DNA of 64,000 nucleotides from an uncultured Bacteriovoracaceae bacterium. GTDB taxonomy: Bacteria; Bdellovibrionota; Bacteriovoracia; Bacteriovoracales; Bacteriovoracaceae. Both the position numbers and the translations under genes were made by a program. Below are positions 32,492 through 43,276 of this stretch, piece after piece. Where the stretch lies: the NCBI GenBank assembly GCA_964012805.1, contig CAXGUD010000001.1, positions 96,001-160,000 on the forward strand, given 5' to 3'. Under the pieces are notes generated by a model, which was not told the DNA's origin, ran no database searches, and saw only the letters and a list, made by a program, of their open reading frames with translations. Numbering within the stretch: position 1 is the stretch's first letter; every line of letters begins with the position of its first letter.

Positions 32492-33853
32492 TTATCTTTT
32501 TGAACGAAATACTTCTAAAAAGGCTTTATAAGGCTTGGCATAATTTCCTGAAGAAAACATCTCTCGAAAGTCCTGATCTATTTTTTTCATATTCGCTAAA
32601 TTTAGGCCACCAGTTATAATCCTATGAGCATACTCATGACAAATTATATAAAGGTTCGATAAAGGGTTAATTTCATTATCCTTAAGCCCCCAAGGAAAAC
32701 CTTTACCATGAGGCCGCTCATGATGCTGCATAACAATATCTTTAATGTCTTGATCCATTCCTTCCAAATGATCTAAAATTTCAACCGCCTTTGATGGGTG
32801 CTCAACGACTTTGGTTTTATCGGCTTCATTTAAGTTTTTAAACTCCTCGGAGTCTAAGTGGCAAATCTTTGCCAGCTCTTCGTCGTTTAGGGCAACATCT
32901 TGAATAATTGAAGCCAAGGCAAACTTGGTAAAGTTTTTTGGGTTTCCCCAAGGAAGTTCACTTAAACAAGAAATCGCAAGGTAGGAAGTTAATGTGCTAA
33001 GTTCAGAAATATAGTTTTCATTTTTTAAAAACTCTTTTAAGAAGGCCGGAAGGTTCGCTTGCTCCTGAATTGTTTTTTTTGCGATCTCAACTGTTTCATC
33101 AGCAATTTCCAAAACCTCTTCACTCACGCCAAGGCTTTTCAAGGCAGTATGGACATTTTCTATTGATGTAAACTGTTCTGTTAAACTTCCCTCAACCCCT
33201 TTTTTTGTGGATGACCTTTCAGATAGACTGTCAACAATTGACCGATAACACTCTTTAAAGTCAACTTTTTTTACATAGAAAAAGCGTACTCCCTTTTTTG
33301 TAATATGCTCCAAAACTTCTTCAGGCACATCATCTCCTCGATTCACTATTTTAATAAATTTTTCAGCTCCTATTTTTATATAAGTATCAACGAGAGCATG
33401 CTTGGATTTAAAAAAGTAGTCCATACTCATCTTGGAGTACTTAAGATCAACTTTTGGAATTGCGTCTCCACACATCCCCTCTATCATTTCTACAAACTGA
33501 TTTTTTATCAAATCTCTATGACAAAAGCTGTGCTTAAATTCCTTTAAAAGGGTTTCTATTTCACGCTTTTCTTCATCTCCAAAAAGAAGGCTATCCTCTA
33601 AAATAATAAAAGAGCGGTTGTACCCTTTTGCTCCTAAACTTTTAAAATCCGACTGAAAGTTCAAAATAAAAGTATAGTCACAAACAAAAAGAGCTTCTTT
33701 TAGATCAATATTTTCAGAATCATCAATTGAATTTGGCGACTCATAATGAAGGACATTTGTCTCAAACTCAGATTCCACATAAAGAGAAACGATCTTATAT
33801 AGCTCCTTACCTTTGTCTAAAACGATCACTTTAACTGATGGATCTCCACTCAT
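32492..33853 (-). CDS. Degenerate HD-GYP domain protein with a REC-like N-terminus
   Basis: HP...QHHERPHGKGFPWGL; HD replaced by QD; SD GAGGAG before ATG 33853. Confidence 0.8.
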   Translation of the reverse strand: MSGDPSVKVIVLDKGKELYKIVSLYVESEFETNVLHYESPNSIDDSENIDLKEALFVCDYTFILNFQSDFKSLGAKGYNRSFIILEDSLLFGDEEKREIETLLKEFKHSFCHRDLIKNQFVEMIEGMCGDAIPKVDLKYSKMSMDYFFKSKHALVDTYIKIGAEKFIKIVNRGDDVPEEVLEHITKKGVRFFYVKKVDFKECYRSIVDSLSERSSTKKGVEGSLTEQFTSIENVHTALKSLGVSEEVLEIADETVEIAKKTIQEQANLPAFLKEFLKNENYISELSTLTSYLAISCLSELPWGNPKNFTKFALASIIQDVALNDEELAKICHLDSEEFKNLNEADKTKVVEHPSKAVEILDHLEGMDQDIKDIVMQHHERPHGKGFPWGLKDNEINPLSNLYIICHEYAHRIITGGLNLANMKKIDQDFREMFSSGNYAKPYKAFLEVFRSKR

Positions 33854-33883
33854 CCTAAAACTCCTCACCTTAAGATTATGGCC

Positions 33884-34792
33884 TTAGCTTTTCCCTATCA
33901 ATTCCCCTAATTCCTTAAGGGTCATTATCTTTGTGACACTTTCACCTTGACACCCTTTTTCAGAGCATCGTTTAATTCTAAAACAATCCTCTTTTGAATC
34001 CCAAAAGAAGTCATCTTCTCCACCAACAAGAATTCCTTCAACAAGATGATCCTTTTCATTAAAAACAGGGCCTCCTGAATTACCCTCAAAGCTGTCAAGA
34101 TTAGATGAAAAATAAGGCCCTTCCGAATTCTTTCTAACCCAAGCTCCACCCGCTATTTTCAAAGGGAGACCTAACGGAAAACCTGCTACATAAAGCCTTT
34201 CTCCCTTCTTTACACTACCTTTTTTCCTTAGTTTAAGAGGCTTTCTTCCTTGAACTGATCTATTTAAACGCAAAATTGCATAATCAGGTTCATCGTCGTT
34301 TTCACCAGGGAAATAAGAGATGACTTCACTACATTCAAAAATATTATCCTGGGGTATCAAATTATAATCCTTATCCTTTTTGCTTAAATCATAACCAAAA
34401 ACCCATCTTGTTTTTTCACAAGTTTTTAGTGACTTTACGCAATGACCGGCTGTGATAAGTACGTTATGATGGACAAGGAAACCAGAACATTGAGCTGCCG
34501 CTTGCTGAGAGGTGTATTTCTCATCATGACAAAAACCCTCTTCGACTAAAGTTGTGGACTTTAGCCTCCAAAAGCCTGGGACATCATCTGATTTTTTGAA
34601 ATGTTCAAGAGGTATTAATGCCGCAACAGCTTGAGCATTATCAATCCATTTACTATCTGTAATTTCGTATAAGTCCTTTCTGTTATCCTTGCCATAAATA
34701 ACCTTTTCATTAGATAACAAAGAATTTGGTGAAATACATAGAAACAAAAAGACGGCAATTTTACACAGGTATCGTTCATCCCTAAACAACAT
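33884..34792 (-). CDS. Secreted trypsin-like (S1) serine protease
   Basis: CSGFLV, TAGHC, DYAIL, GNSGGP catalytic triad; VIYG.DNR pro-region. Confidence 0.92.
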   Translation of the reverse strand: MLFRDERYLCKIAVFLFLCISPNSLLSNEKVIYGKDNRKDLYEITDSKWIDNAQAVAALIPLEHFKKSDDVPGFWRLKSTTLVEEGFCHDEKYTSQQAAAQCSGFLVHHNVLITAGHCVKSLKTCEKTRWVFGYDLSKKDKDYNLIPQDNIFECSEVISYFPGENDDEPDYAILRLNRSVQGRKPLKLRKKGSVKKGERLYVAGFPLGLPLKIAGGAWVRKNSEGPYFSSNLDSFEGNSGGPVFNEKDHLVEGILVGGEDDFFWDSKEDCFRIKRCSEKGCQGESVTKIMTLKELGELIGKS

Positions 34793-34889
34793 ACTAAGTC
34801 CTTTAGATAAATTGTAATGGGCAGTTACAATTATTTCCAGTGAACTAAGGACTTGCCCCATAGAAAAATAAAAAAATTATTTTATTTGT

Positions 34890-36188
34890 CTAAAAAGCTC
34901 TATTTCCACAAAGAAAAACAGATTCAACACTTCCTGGGAAGGTTATTCCTTCAAAAGGAGACCACTTTGCTTTTGTTTTTAAATTTTCCCTTTTAACTTC
35001 ATAAGGCTTTTTAAGGTTGAGAACTGTAAAAGAAGCTACATAGCCTGGCTCTATTTTACCAAAACCCTTTCCATAGCGGTTAAAAGAGCTTTCGCTTGCT
35101 TTTAAGGAATCTAAAAATGTATTTACAAATCTTCCTGGCCTCTCTGTACAAGCCAGAGAAACGAGCTCTGGCTTCATTTTTTTCTCTATAAGAAGCCAAG
35201 TTACAAAAGCACCATATGTATCCAACCCAGGGAGACCACTTGTTCCCTGATCTTTCTCATGATGACAATGGGGGGCATGATCTGTGGCCAGGTAATCTAT
35301 ATCACCTCGAAGAAAAGCTTCCAGCATTCCCTCTTTGTCTTTTTTTGACCTTATAGGTGGGTTCATTTGCATCCATTGCCTCTGTTCGGCAGATGAAAGG
35401 TAGGGGTTTCCGAAAAACTCTTCCTGAGAAAAATAAAGATGCTGAGGCGTAACCTCACACTCAACAGACAACCCTTTTCTTTTGGCCTCCAAAATTAAAG
35501 GGAGGCCATCTTTAGAACTATAATGACAAAGTTTACCTTTGAGCTTGTATTTTTCAATTAATCTTAAAGCTGTTGACGTAGCAACAGTCTCCGCTTCAAC
35601 AGGTCTCCTTAACTCATGACTGGGGAGGTCCTTACAATTTTCAAGAATTTCAGGATCTTCACAATGAAAGCTAACATACTGCCCTTGATACCGATCTAAA
35701 GAGTTATCTAGTTCCCCTTCATTTTTAAAAAATAACTCACCAACGGATGGTCCCATATAAGCTTTGTAGGGAACCTTAAATGATAATGGTCTCGTTTCAG
35801 GGCCTATCCCTGCATATAGAAACAAGGGAAAATCTGCCTTTAAAGTTAGTGATAACTTTTCTAAATAGCTATTATCGTCAATAGGAGGTGTAGGGTTATT
35901 CGGCATATCACAAGTGTGGGTTACTCCCCCATTTAAAGCGGCCTGAGAAGCGCTACAAAAATCCTCTTTGTATACATTTTTTTGTGATACATCTTCACGG
36001 GCGTGGATATGGACGTCTCCCATTCCTCCAAAAACCAGGCAATCACTGCTAAAGCTATAGTCAACCTTATCTTTTGGAACTCCTAAATTACCTACGTCTT
36101 TGATCAAACCAGTTTCGTCGTCAAAAAGTATCTGCTTACTTTGAACCCCTTTAGAGTCAACAACACGACCTTCTAGAAACCTATCCAC
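34890..36188 (-). CDS. pyrC: Dihydroorotase (amidohydrolase family)
   Basis: DVHIHARE, DMPNN, FHCED, EVTPQHL, MNPPIR, TDHAPH. Confidence 0.85.
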   Translation of the reverse strand: MDRFLEGRVVDSKGVQSKQILFDDETGLIKDVGNLGVPKDKVDYSFSSDCLVFGGMGDVHIHAREDVSQKNVYKEDFCSASQAALNGGVTHTCDMPNNPTPPIDDNSYLEKLSLTLKADFPLFLYAGIGPETRPLSFKVPYKAYMGPSVGELFFKNEGELDNSLDRYQGQYVSFHCEDPEILENCKDLPSHELRRPVEAETVATSTALRLIEKYKLKGKLCHYSSKDGLPLILEAKRKGLSVECEVTPQHLYFSQEEFFGNPYLSSAEQRQWMQMNPPIRSKKDKEGMLEAFLRGDIDYLATDHAPHCHHEKDQGTSGLPGLDTYGAFVTWLLIEKKMKPELVSLACTERPGRFVNTFLDSLKASESSFNRYGKGFGKIEPGYVASFTVLNLKKPYEVKRENLKTKAKWSPFEGITFPGSVESVFLCGNRAF

Positions 36189-36310
36189 ACTTCCTCCCTA
36201 ACTTTCATTAAAACCGCTCCTCAAAATTAAAGGACCCCACACCATCCAAAAATGAATGCTTTAAAAAAGTGCTTTTTTAAAAATCTTTAGATCTCTTCAG
36301 GCGGCCTGAC

Positions 36311-37258
36311 TTATTCCTTTCCCATCGAAAGTAGAGAAGAGGCTTGAAGAGCGCCATAGTAAACATGAGGTTCATGAACTCTAAAGATAAGTGTGTTATC
36401 CCATAATTTCTGGAACCATAATGATAAAAGGCCACAATGTAAACTCTCAACAACCGCCCAGTCTTTAGGATCTTTTCGGTGCCCTTTGACAGAGTCTTGA
36501 AGAAAGGACTTTCTTGATATGCCTATAAGCCACCTTACCTCTTTGGAAAAACGACCAACTAAGCCTATGAGCTGGTTTAATAGGACCTTATTTTGGGCCA
36601 TTGTTTTAGAAAAGCCAAAACAGGGGTCCAAAATAACTCTATGAGCCAAATCTGATTTGTTAAAAAATTCGAGACCCTGACAAAAGTATTTATAAAGATG
36701 CTCAATAAAGCCATCTTCTGAATCGGGTCCATCATAAAAGTACATCTTATGATTTTGGGTCTCAACCCGCTCAGGGGCCAAATTATGGCAATAGACATAT
36801 TCACAGCGAGGAAAAGACTTTAATATATAAAGGGTATCATCATCCAAAGTACCAGAGACATCGTTCCATAGAAGCCTAAGGCCTTGCCATTTCGTTCTAA
36901 TGAAGTCTGCAACAAAATAAAAAGTCTCGGGCCTATATGTGTCAATGGAAAGAGTCCCTTCTTCAAAAAAGGCCTTGTGATTAAAGTCGCCCCCTTTTGA
37001 CAGCCTCAATAGAGCTGGAAAAAGAATTTCTTCAAACCTTTTACATTCATCTTTGAGGCTGCATGCTTTGTTAAAAGGCGCAGTAGACTCTGCCCCACAA
37101 TCCAAGTAGGAAACACGTTGAGACAGCAAACTATTTACCTGGGAAAAACAGGAATCCTCATGATTGTATTGTCCACCATCTGAAAAGGAGTTGGGGGTGA
37201 TATTAAGTACCCCCATAAGAAATTTAGACTGTGACTGGGTCATCTGAATGGCCATCAC
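36311..37258 (-). CDS. folP: Dihydropteroate synthase, divergent
   Basis: MGVLNITPNSFSDGG, GAEST, SIDTY, NDVSG, DPCFGF, GISRKSF, RVHE; directly downstream of ftsH. Confidence 0.88.
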   Translation of the reverse strand: MMAIQMTQSQSKFLMGVLNITPNSFSDGGQYNHEDSCFSQVNSLLSQRVSYLDCGAESTAPFNKACSLKDECKRFEEILFPALLRLSKGGDFNHKAFFEEGTLSIDTYRPETFYFVADFIRTKWQGLRLLWNDVSGTLDDDTLYILKSFPRCEYVYCHNLAPERVETQNHKMYFYDGPDSEDGFIEHLYKYFCQGLEFFNKSDLAHRVILDPCFGFSKTMAQNKVLLNQLIGLVGRFSKEVRWLIGISRKSFLQDSVKGHRKDPKDWAVVESLHCGLLSLWFQKLWDNTLIFRVHEPHVYYGALQASSLLSMGKE

Positions 37259-39182
37259 CTTTATCTGAATTGTCTCCTACCCTACTATCTTCAGACTCAG
37301 AAGGCTCTTCGTCTGCTTCTGCGGTTTTAGCAGCTTCACCCTCTGACCCCGGCTCTTTTGGATTAAGGGGCAGACCGATGTCCTCGCCATCGACAATTTT
37401 CTTCACTTGATCGCTGTCTAAAGTCTCCCAAATGATAAGAGCTTCAGCTAATCGATCCAGAGCATCTCTATTCTCTTTAATTAAATTAACAGCAAGAGTT
37501 TCATTTTCATTCAGGATTCTTTTAATTTCACCGTCAATTTCTTGCGCTGTTTTCTCAGAGTACTCCATAACGCTTCCAGAAGCGATAGCATAGGGGCTAC
37601 TCCCATTTCTCTTATACTTTACCGGACCTAGAGCTTTCGACATTCCCCAATCGCAAACCATACGATGAGCTAAGTTTGTTGCCACTTCAATATCTTGAGC
37701 GGCACCACTGGAAATCTCATCAAAAACGAGCAGCTCAGCAACACGTCCACCCATCGCCATAGAAATAAAGTTGTTGGCTGCCTCAACTGTCTGGCTCAGC
37801 TTATCCTCATCTGGCAAGGATTGTGTAACACCTAAAGCCCCTCCCCTAGGGATAATCGTCACCTTATGAATAGGGTCACAATGAGGTAACTTCACAGCGA
37901 CAAGGGTATGACCGGCTTCATGAAAAGCCGTTCTTCTCTTCTCTTTTTCTGATATGACCATCGACTTCCTCTGAGGCCCCATCAAAACCTTATCTTTTGC
38001 TTCCTCAAAGTCATCATTATCAAGTTCCTTCTTCTCACACCTAGCAGCGGAAAGAGCTGCCTCGTTAACCAGGTTTGCAAGGTCTGCCCCAGTGAAACCA
38101 GGTGTTCCCTTGGCTATGTTCTCTAAATTTACATTGTTATCCAAAGGCGTTTTTTTCGTATGGACTTTTAAAATTCCTAGTCTACCTCTTACATCAGGTG
38201 GTCCCACCATAACCTGCCTGTCAAAACGACCAGGTCTCAAGAGCGCAGGATCAAGAACATCGAGCCTGTTTGTAGCCGCTATAAGGATGACTCCTTCGTT
38301 TGCCTCAAAACCATCCATTTCAACGAGAAGTTGGTTGAGTGTTTGCTCCCTTTCATCGTGGCCACCGCCCATTCCTGAGCCTCTATGCCTACCAACAGCA
38401 TCAATTTCATCAACAAAAATAATGCAAGGGGAATTCTTCTTACCCTGCTCAAAAAGGTCCCTTACTCTACTGGCCCCAACACCTACGAACATTTCAACGA
38501 AGTCGGATCCAGATATTGTGAAGAAAGGTACATCTGCTTCACCAGCTACTGCCCTAGCAAGAAGAGTTTTTCCTGTTCCTGGAGGGCCCACAAGAATGAC
38601 ACCTTTTGGTATCTTGCCACCTAGAGCCGTATACTTTTTTGGGGCTTTTAAAAAATCTACAATTTCTACAAGTTCTTCCTTTGCCTCTTCAACACCCGAT
38701 ACATCTGAGAATGTTATTTTTTTCTCGTTGGCATTAAGCATTCTCGCCTTAGACTTTCCAAAGCTCATGGCCTTACCACCACCAGCTTGAATCTGTCGAA
38801 GAAAGAACCAAAAGATAACAATGAGAATAATCATTGGACCCCAGCTAACAAGAAGAGTGGTAAAAAACGGTTGTTTTTCCTCTTCCTCAAAGTTAGGGGT
38901 GATGTTATTCTTCCTAAGCATATTTAGAGTGTAGTCACTCGTATCGCCGGTAGTACGAAACCTTGTTTGATTATCGTATCCTTCTTTGAATTGACCAATT
39001 ATTGTATTGGACTTTAACTTGATCGTGACTTCCTTCACATGACCGCTTTCAACTGCTTGAGCAAACTCACGATACTGAATTTTTTTATAATTCGTTTTAC
39101 CTTGAGAGATCACTTTTGCTACAACGGCTAGCATAAGGAAGATTACAATCCAAAGCGTAAAATTTTTTTGATGTGGTTTCAT
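37224..39182 (-). CDS. ftsH: ATP-dependent zinc metalloprotease FtsH
   Basis: Two TMs; [21 protein letters not shown]. Confidence 0.98.
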   Translation of the reverse strand: MKPHQKNFTLWIVIFLMLAVVAKVISQGKTNYKKIQYREFAQAVESGHVKEVTIKLKSNTIIGQFKEGYDNQTRFRTTGDTSDYTLNMLRKNNITPNFEEEEKQPFFTTLLVSWGPMIILIVIFWFFLRQIQAGGGKAMSFGKSKARMLNANEKKITFSDVSGVEEAKEELVEIVDFLKAPKKYTALGGKIPKGVILVGPPGTGKTLLARAVAGEADVPFFTISGSDFVEMFVGVGASRVRDLFEQGKKNSPCIIFVDEIDAVGRHRGSGMGGGHDEREQTLNQLLVEMDGFEANEGVILIAATNRLDVLDPALLRPGRFDRQVMVGPPDVRGRLGILKVHTKKTPLDNNVNLENIAKGTPGFTGADLANLVNEAALSAARCEKKELDNDDFEEAKDKVLMGPQRKSMVISEKEKRRTAFHEAGHTLVAVKLPHCDPIHKVTIIPRGGALGVTQSLPDEDKLSQTVEAANNFISMAMGGRVAELLVFDEISSGAAQDIEVATNLAHRMVCDWGMSKALGPVKYKRNGSSPYAIASGSVMEYSEKTAQEIDGEIKRILNENETLAVNLIKENRDALDRLAEALIIWETLDSDQVKKIVDGEDIGLPLNPKEPGSEGEAAKTAEADEEPSESEDSRVGDNSDKGDGHSDDPVTV

Positions 39183-39630
39183 TCACTTTCCCAGAAGTTT
39201 TCAGTTAATTCAACTCAATCGCTATCGCGAAAATCGCCTTCTATCTCTTATTTTATATAAACCTATCTATGAACTGTCATTAAAGCTTTTATCTTCTTAA
39301 AAATGTCTAGGCACCTTTTACCCTTTAAATTATGTCTTTTCACAGCTTTAAAAGACTTTTTAAGTCCACTACTTCTATTTTAGAAGGTGTCTCCCAAAGA
39401 GGCAAGGGTAGTAATTCACAGAGTTTAAATAATTTCAATTATTTACCTTTTATAACCCTACCTTTCTTTTGAGAAGTAAAAAAAAGCCATTTTTGACCTA
39501 TTCCTAGTATCCGTCTCCTCGGTATTTATCTAGAAAAAGTAAGTATTTGCTTAAATTCGGCAAAATATGGTGTTTTTCCACCAAAATTAAAACGTGTTCG
39601 GTTACAAAATGGTCGAAAGCCCAATCATAG

Positions 39631-40917
39631 TCAAGGATTTTTGAATAATACATCTTTAGCATAACATACCAAAAGAATATTTTTTTCCATCATTTTTTCT
39701 TGAGATTTTGACCAAAGGCAATGATATTTTTCAAATTTAACCACCCGGTAACCCTTCTTAGAAGGCACCCTTTCACCAAGCGGAACCCCTTTAAAAAAAA
39801 GAAGTCCTTTAAAGTCAAAATCACTTTCACGAACACCACTCTCAAGACCTTCAATAATGCGCCCAGAGTCATCGAGCTCAACCCAACAATTCTGAGCCTT
39901 TTCAGAAAGTAGATACAAAAAGCCAGGAAACACGTAAGCTTTGACATTACCTGAGTATAAAAGGGGTCCCCTTTTGCCCCTTTCATGAGCTTCACAAGTT
40001 TTTTGCACCTGCAAGGACAGAACACCTCTTTCTTTTCCTGACAATAATTTGATTTCAGACTTAATTTGGTCTTCAAATGGATATAAGTGCTTATGCCCTT
40101 CTGGCAAAGCTAAAAAGACTCCTCCATTTTTGTCTACAAACCTCAAGAGGGCCCCTTGCCCCTGATTTCTATGCACACCTAAACCCCTTGCAAGACTATT
40201 GGACCTGTAAGAGTAATGCTTAAGATATTGGGGCCACCTTACACGCAATGAAGGAATGATCGTATGCCTTATAAAGTTCCTTTCAAACCTCTCATCTTTA
40301 TTGGAGGGATCACTTCTGTAAGGAATTTTAGATCGTTTTGCAAAAGAAGAGATTTGGGCCCGGGTTAAACACATTAGAGGCTTCACTCTTTTCCCCGCAA
40401 CTAGGGGCATTCCCAATGAGGAAACTGCCTCAGAGGACCTCATTTGCTGAAGTAAACTCCATTCAAATGAATCATCTATATGATGGGCAGTATAAAGAAA
40501 GTCCCCTTTTTCCAAGAAAGAATCAAAAGCCAAGAACCTTTCTTCTCTAGCACTATGTTCGAAGTTAGAAAGGTTACTAAGAGCTTTTTCTGGACGCAGG
40601 ACATGACATTCAAGCCCTAGAGAGTCACAAACTTTTTTAACCAGGCTTTCTTCAGCTTTGTTTCCCTCTCTAGTCCCATGGTTAAAGTGAAGAACCTCAA
40701 TTTTTTCTAGACACCCTTTGGTCAACTCAGCAATGCTCGCAATGATAAACAAAAATGCCATCGAGTCCATGCCTCCCGAAACAGCAACAAAAGCCTTTTT
40801 TGAGGGAGGAAATAGACAATGCCTCAACATAAAGTTCTTAACAAAAGATACAAACGACTTAGATTCTTGTAGGATCACTGGCACTCTGGGGGTAATTTTT
40901 TGAATTGGATGATTCAT
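39631..40917 (-). CDS. tilS: tRNA(Ile)-lysidine synthetase
   Basis: AVSGGMDS, HFNHGTR, AHHIDD, DPSN, RNFIRH; upstream of ftsH. Confidence 0.92.
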   Translation of the reverse strand: MNHPIQKITPRVPVILQESKSFVSFVKNFMLRHCLFPPSKKAFVAVSGGMDSMAFLFIIASIAELTKGCLEKIEVLHFNHGTREGNKAEESLVKKVCDSLGLECHVLRPEKALSNLSNFEHSAREERFLAFDSFLEKGDFLYTAHHIDDSFEWSLLQQMRSSEAVSSLGMPLVAGKRVKPLMCLTRAQISSFAKRSKIPYRSDPSNKDERFERNFIRHTIIPSLRVRWPQYLKHYSYRSNSLARGLGVHRNQGQGALLRFVDKNGGVFLALPEGHKHLYPFEDQIKSEIKLLSGKERGVLSLQVQKTCEAHERGKRGPLLYSGNVKAYVFPGFLYLLSEKAQNCWVELDDSGRIIEGLESGVRESDFDFKGLLFFKGVPLGERVPSKKGYRVVKFEKYHCLWSKSQEKMMEKNILLVCYAKDVLFKNP

Positions 40918-41167
40918 TTTTTGAATTTTTAAAGTATGCGATTCTAAAGGAACTTATTGTTATGTCAATGATCATTCATTTTTTTTTAGTAAATAGCTAT
41001 TTTTTTCACTTTTCCAGGGTGATTAGTTATCGTTGAATATTCACATAAATACCTGTTTTTATTGTATTTTTCTAAATTCAAGATAAACTTTTTTTCTAAC
41101 TACTGTATAAATCACTCTTTTGTGTTAAGTATTTCGGACCTTGAAAAACCCAACAGGGGAAAACTGG

Positions 41168-42706
41168 ATGAAAAATTTTAGTCTGTCTTTTAAGCGGACG
41201 TGGACTCCCTCAAAGCTTGGCTTATTGGCCATGTTTTTATCACTCATATGTTTTCAGCTTCATGCTAAAGACAATGTGAGGAAAGAGTGTTTTTATCTCC
41301 AAAGTTTTCTTTCCTCTTCCAGTTTTAAAATTGATTGCCACCCTCATTACCACCACTATAACGCCTCAGCTCCCAAAAAATTCTACAATAAATCAAAAGC
41401 CCTCAAAAATAGTATTAAAATAGCAAGTTTCAACCTCCTTTATCCCGGAAATTCCGCAAACCGTTACAAAGACTATAGAATGGTTGCTAAAATTATCGAC
41501 CAATGGGACCTTGTGGGAGCTCAAGAACTTGTTCCTAGCGTAGGGCAGGCACAACATCATAACAAAATGCTTATGACGTCTAGGGCATCTTCCCCAAAAC
41601 TCATAAAAGAGCACTACAAACTACCAGGTTTTTTAAAAGTTCTTAATGAGTTGAGAAAGTTAGACCCATCATGGTCTCTCATCATCTCAAGCAAGGGGGA
41701 AGCTGCTAAAGAAGAGTACGTTAAAGAATTAGGAGGTTTCTTCTACCGCGCCACAGTTGTTCACCCGAAAAGTAATGACTTTTGTGAAGACAATTATGAT
41801 CACGATGAAGAGCAAGCCTATGCATGCTTGTCTGACTTTACAAAAGAGACTGTAGGAAAAAGTTTAAACTCTATATTTTCCAGAAAGCCTTTCATTGGAA
41901 GCTTCATCAGTGGAAACTTTGATTTCACTCTCCTCAATACGCACGTTATTTACACGTCTCCCACAGATCCTGATGTGAGAGAAGAAATTGTGAGAAAAGC
42001 CTTTGGTGTTAAAGACCACAAAGAGTTAGGAAAAGGTGCAAATGGTGAGACCTACGCAAGGTTTGCCGAAATCAAGTTTACTTTGAAGTTTATGAGTTAC
42101 CTTTTGGATTATTACGAAGAAGAAGATGTCATTCTTCTAGGTGACTTCAATGTTGAAAAGAAAAACGCTTTTTGGTCCAAAATAATTGGATTCTTTGAAG
42201 GAGCAAAGATTCTTAACGATGACCCAACCAGCCTGACTGACCAATTATACAAGTTCAAGAATCGTGAAAAATACTTAACGAACGGTCTCTCAAGAAACTA
42301 CGATAACTTTATTTTAAACCCGGATAACTCAAGTGAATGCTCAAACAAATCAAAAGCTTTTAACTTTATGGGTGACAATGAAATCGGCAGGGAGATTAGG
42401 AACAAATACCTTGTAAGGTCAAGCAGAAAGAGTGGCCGGTACTATCCAATAAGTACTAAAAATCAAAAGAGAGTCAAGAAACTTGTAAGCAATTATAAAA
42501 AGCTTCTTGAAAAGAAATTAACAATCAAAAGAAATAAGGTTGTAAAAGACTCCAAAAATATCGAAAGATACGTCCAAGGCTTCGATAGAAGGGTCTTTCA
42601 GTCTCAGAAAAAGGATAACTCCTTTTATCACTTCTATAAAGAAGTGATAAGTGATCACCTTCCAGTTTCAATATCTTGTGAAACATCGGGATTGGACGAC
42701 GACTAG
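41168..42706 (+). CDS. Secreted endonuclease/exonuclease/phosphatase (DNase I-like) protein
   Basis: Signal peptide; SFNL, GAQE, SRKPF, NTH, LGDFN, YDNF, SDHLPV. Confidence 0.85.
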   Translation: MKNFSLSFKRTWTPSKLGLLAMFLSLICFQLHAKDNVRKECFYLQSFLSSSSFKIDCHPHYHHYNASAPKKFYNKSKALKNSIKIASFNLLYPGNSANRYKDYRMVAKIIDQWDLVGAQELVPSVGQAQHHNKMLMTSRASSPKLIKEHYKLPGFLKVLNELRKLDPSWSLIISSKGEAAKEEYVKELGGFFYRATVVHPKSNDFCEDNYDHDEEQAYACLSDFTKETVGKSLNSIFSRKPFIGSFISGNFDFTLLNTHVIYTSPTDPDVREEIVRKAFGVKDHKELGKGANGETYARFAEIKFTLKFMSYLLDYYEEEDVILLGDFNVEKKNAFWSKIIGFFEGAKILNDDPTSLTDQLYKFKNREKYLTNGLSRNYDNFILNPDNSSECSNKSKAFNFMGDNEIGREIRNKYLVRSSRKSGRYYPISTKNQKRVKKLVSNYKKLLEKKLTIKRNKVVKDSKNIERYVQGFDRRVFQSQKKDNSFYHFYKEVISDHLPVSISCETSGLDDD

Positions 42707-42825
42707 CCAAAGCTATACTTGTAGCACTGTAATCAGAAAGGTTTTAAACTCTAATAGATTTAGACCACTTTAAGGCTACTGCCCTTTGGAACTGATCATG
42801 AATAAACCTGCAACTTATTGGGGCT

Positions 42826-43227
42826 TTAACTACTATGTGACAGTTCAGCAACAATGAGCTTTTGGATGCCCTCCATCTCATGGTTTTCTCTAGGCTTGGC
42901 CTTCCTAAAACTTATATCACTTGAATCCCATAAAGGTAATAAATGGTAATGGAAGTGGGGTACGTCAAAGCCTAAAACGACGCTTCCTATTCTCTTGCAG
43001 CCGGTCACCTTCATTACCGCACGACCGATGGGAACCGCGGCTTTAAAAACAGCACTATAATAAGGTTCTGGCACGTCAAGGAAGTGATCATGCTCAATTT
43101 TTGGGATAATAAGGGTGTGCCCTAGGTTAATAGGGTTTATATCCAAAAAGGCGTATGTCCACTCATCTTCGTAAATTTTATAGGAGGGTATCTCACCCTG
43201 TATGATTTTCGTAAAAAGAGATGCCAT
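42826..43227 (-). CDS. HIT family nucleotide hydrolase
   Basis: FTKIIQGEIP, AFLDINP, GHTLIIPK, VPHFHYHL. Confidence 0.95.
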   Translation of the reverse strand: MASLFTKIIQGEIPSYKIYEDEWTYAFLDINPINLGHTLIIPKIEHDHFLDVPEPYYSAVFKAAVPIGRAVMKVTGCKRIGSVVLGFDVPHFHYHLLPLWDSSDISFRKAKPRENHEMEGIQKLIVAELSHSS

Positions 43228-43276
43228 TTCAAGCTCCTTCTGAAACTGGCGGAATATATAAATAGATTAAATGAGC

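Noticed and set aside
38092..38790. 232-aa plus-strand ORF
   Set aside because: Antisense shadow of the conserved ftsH AAA domain
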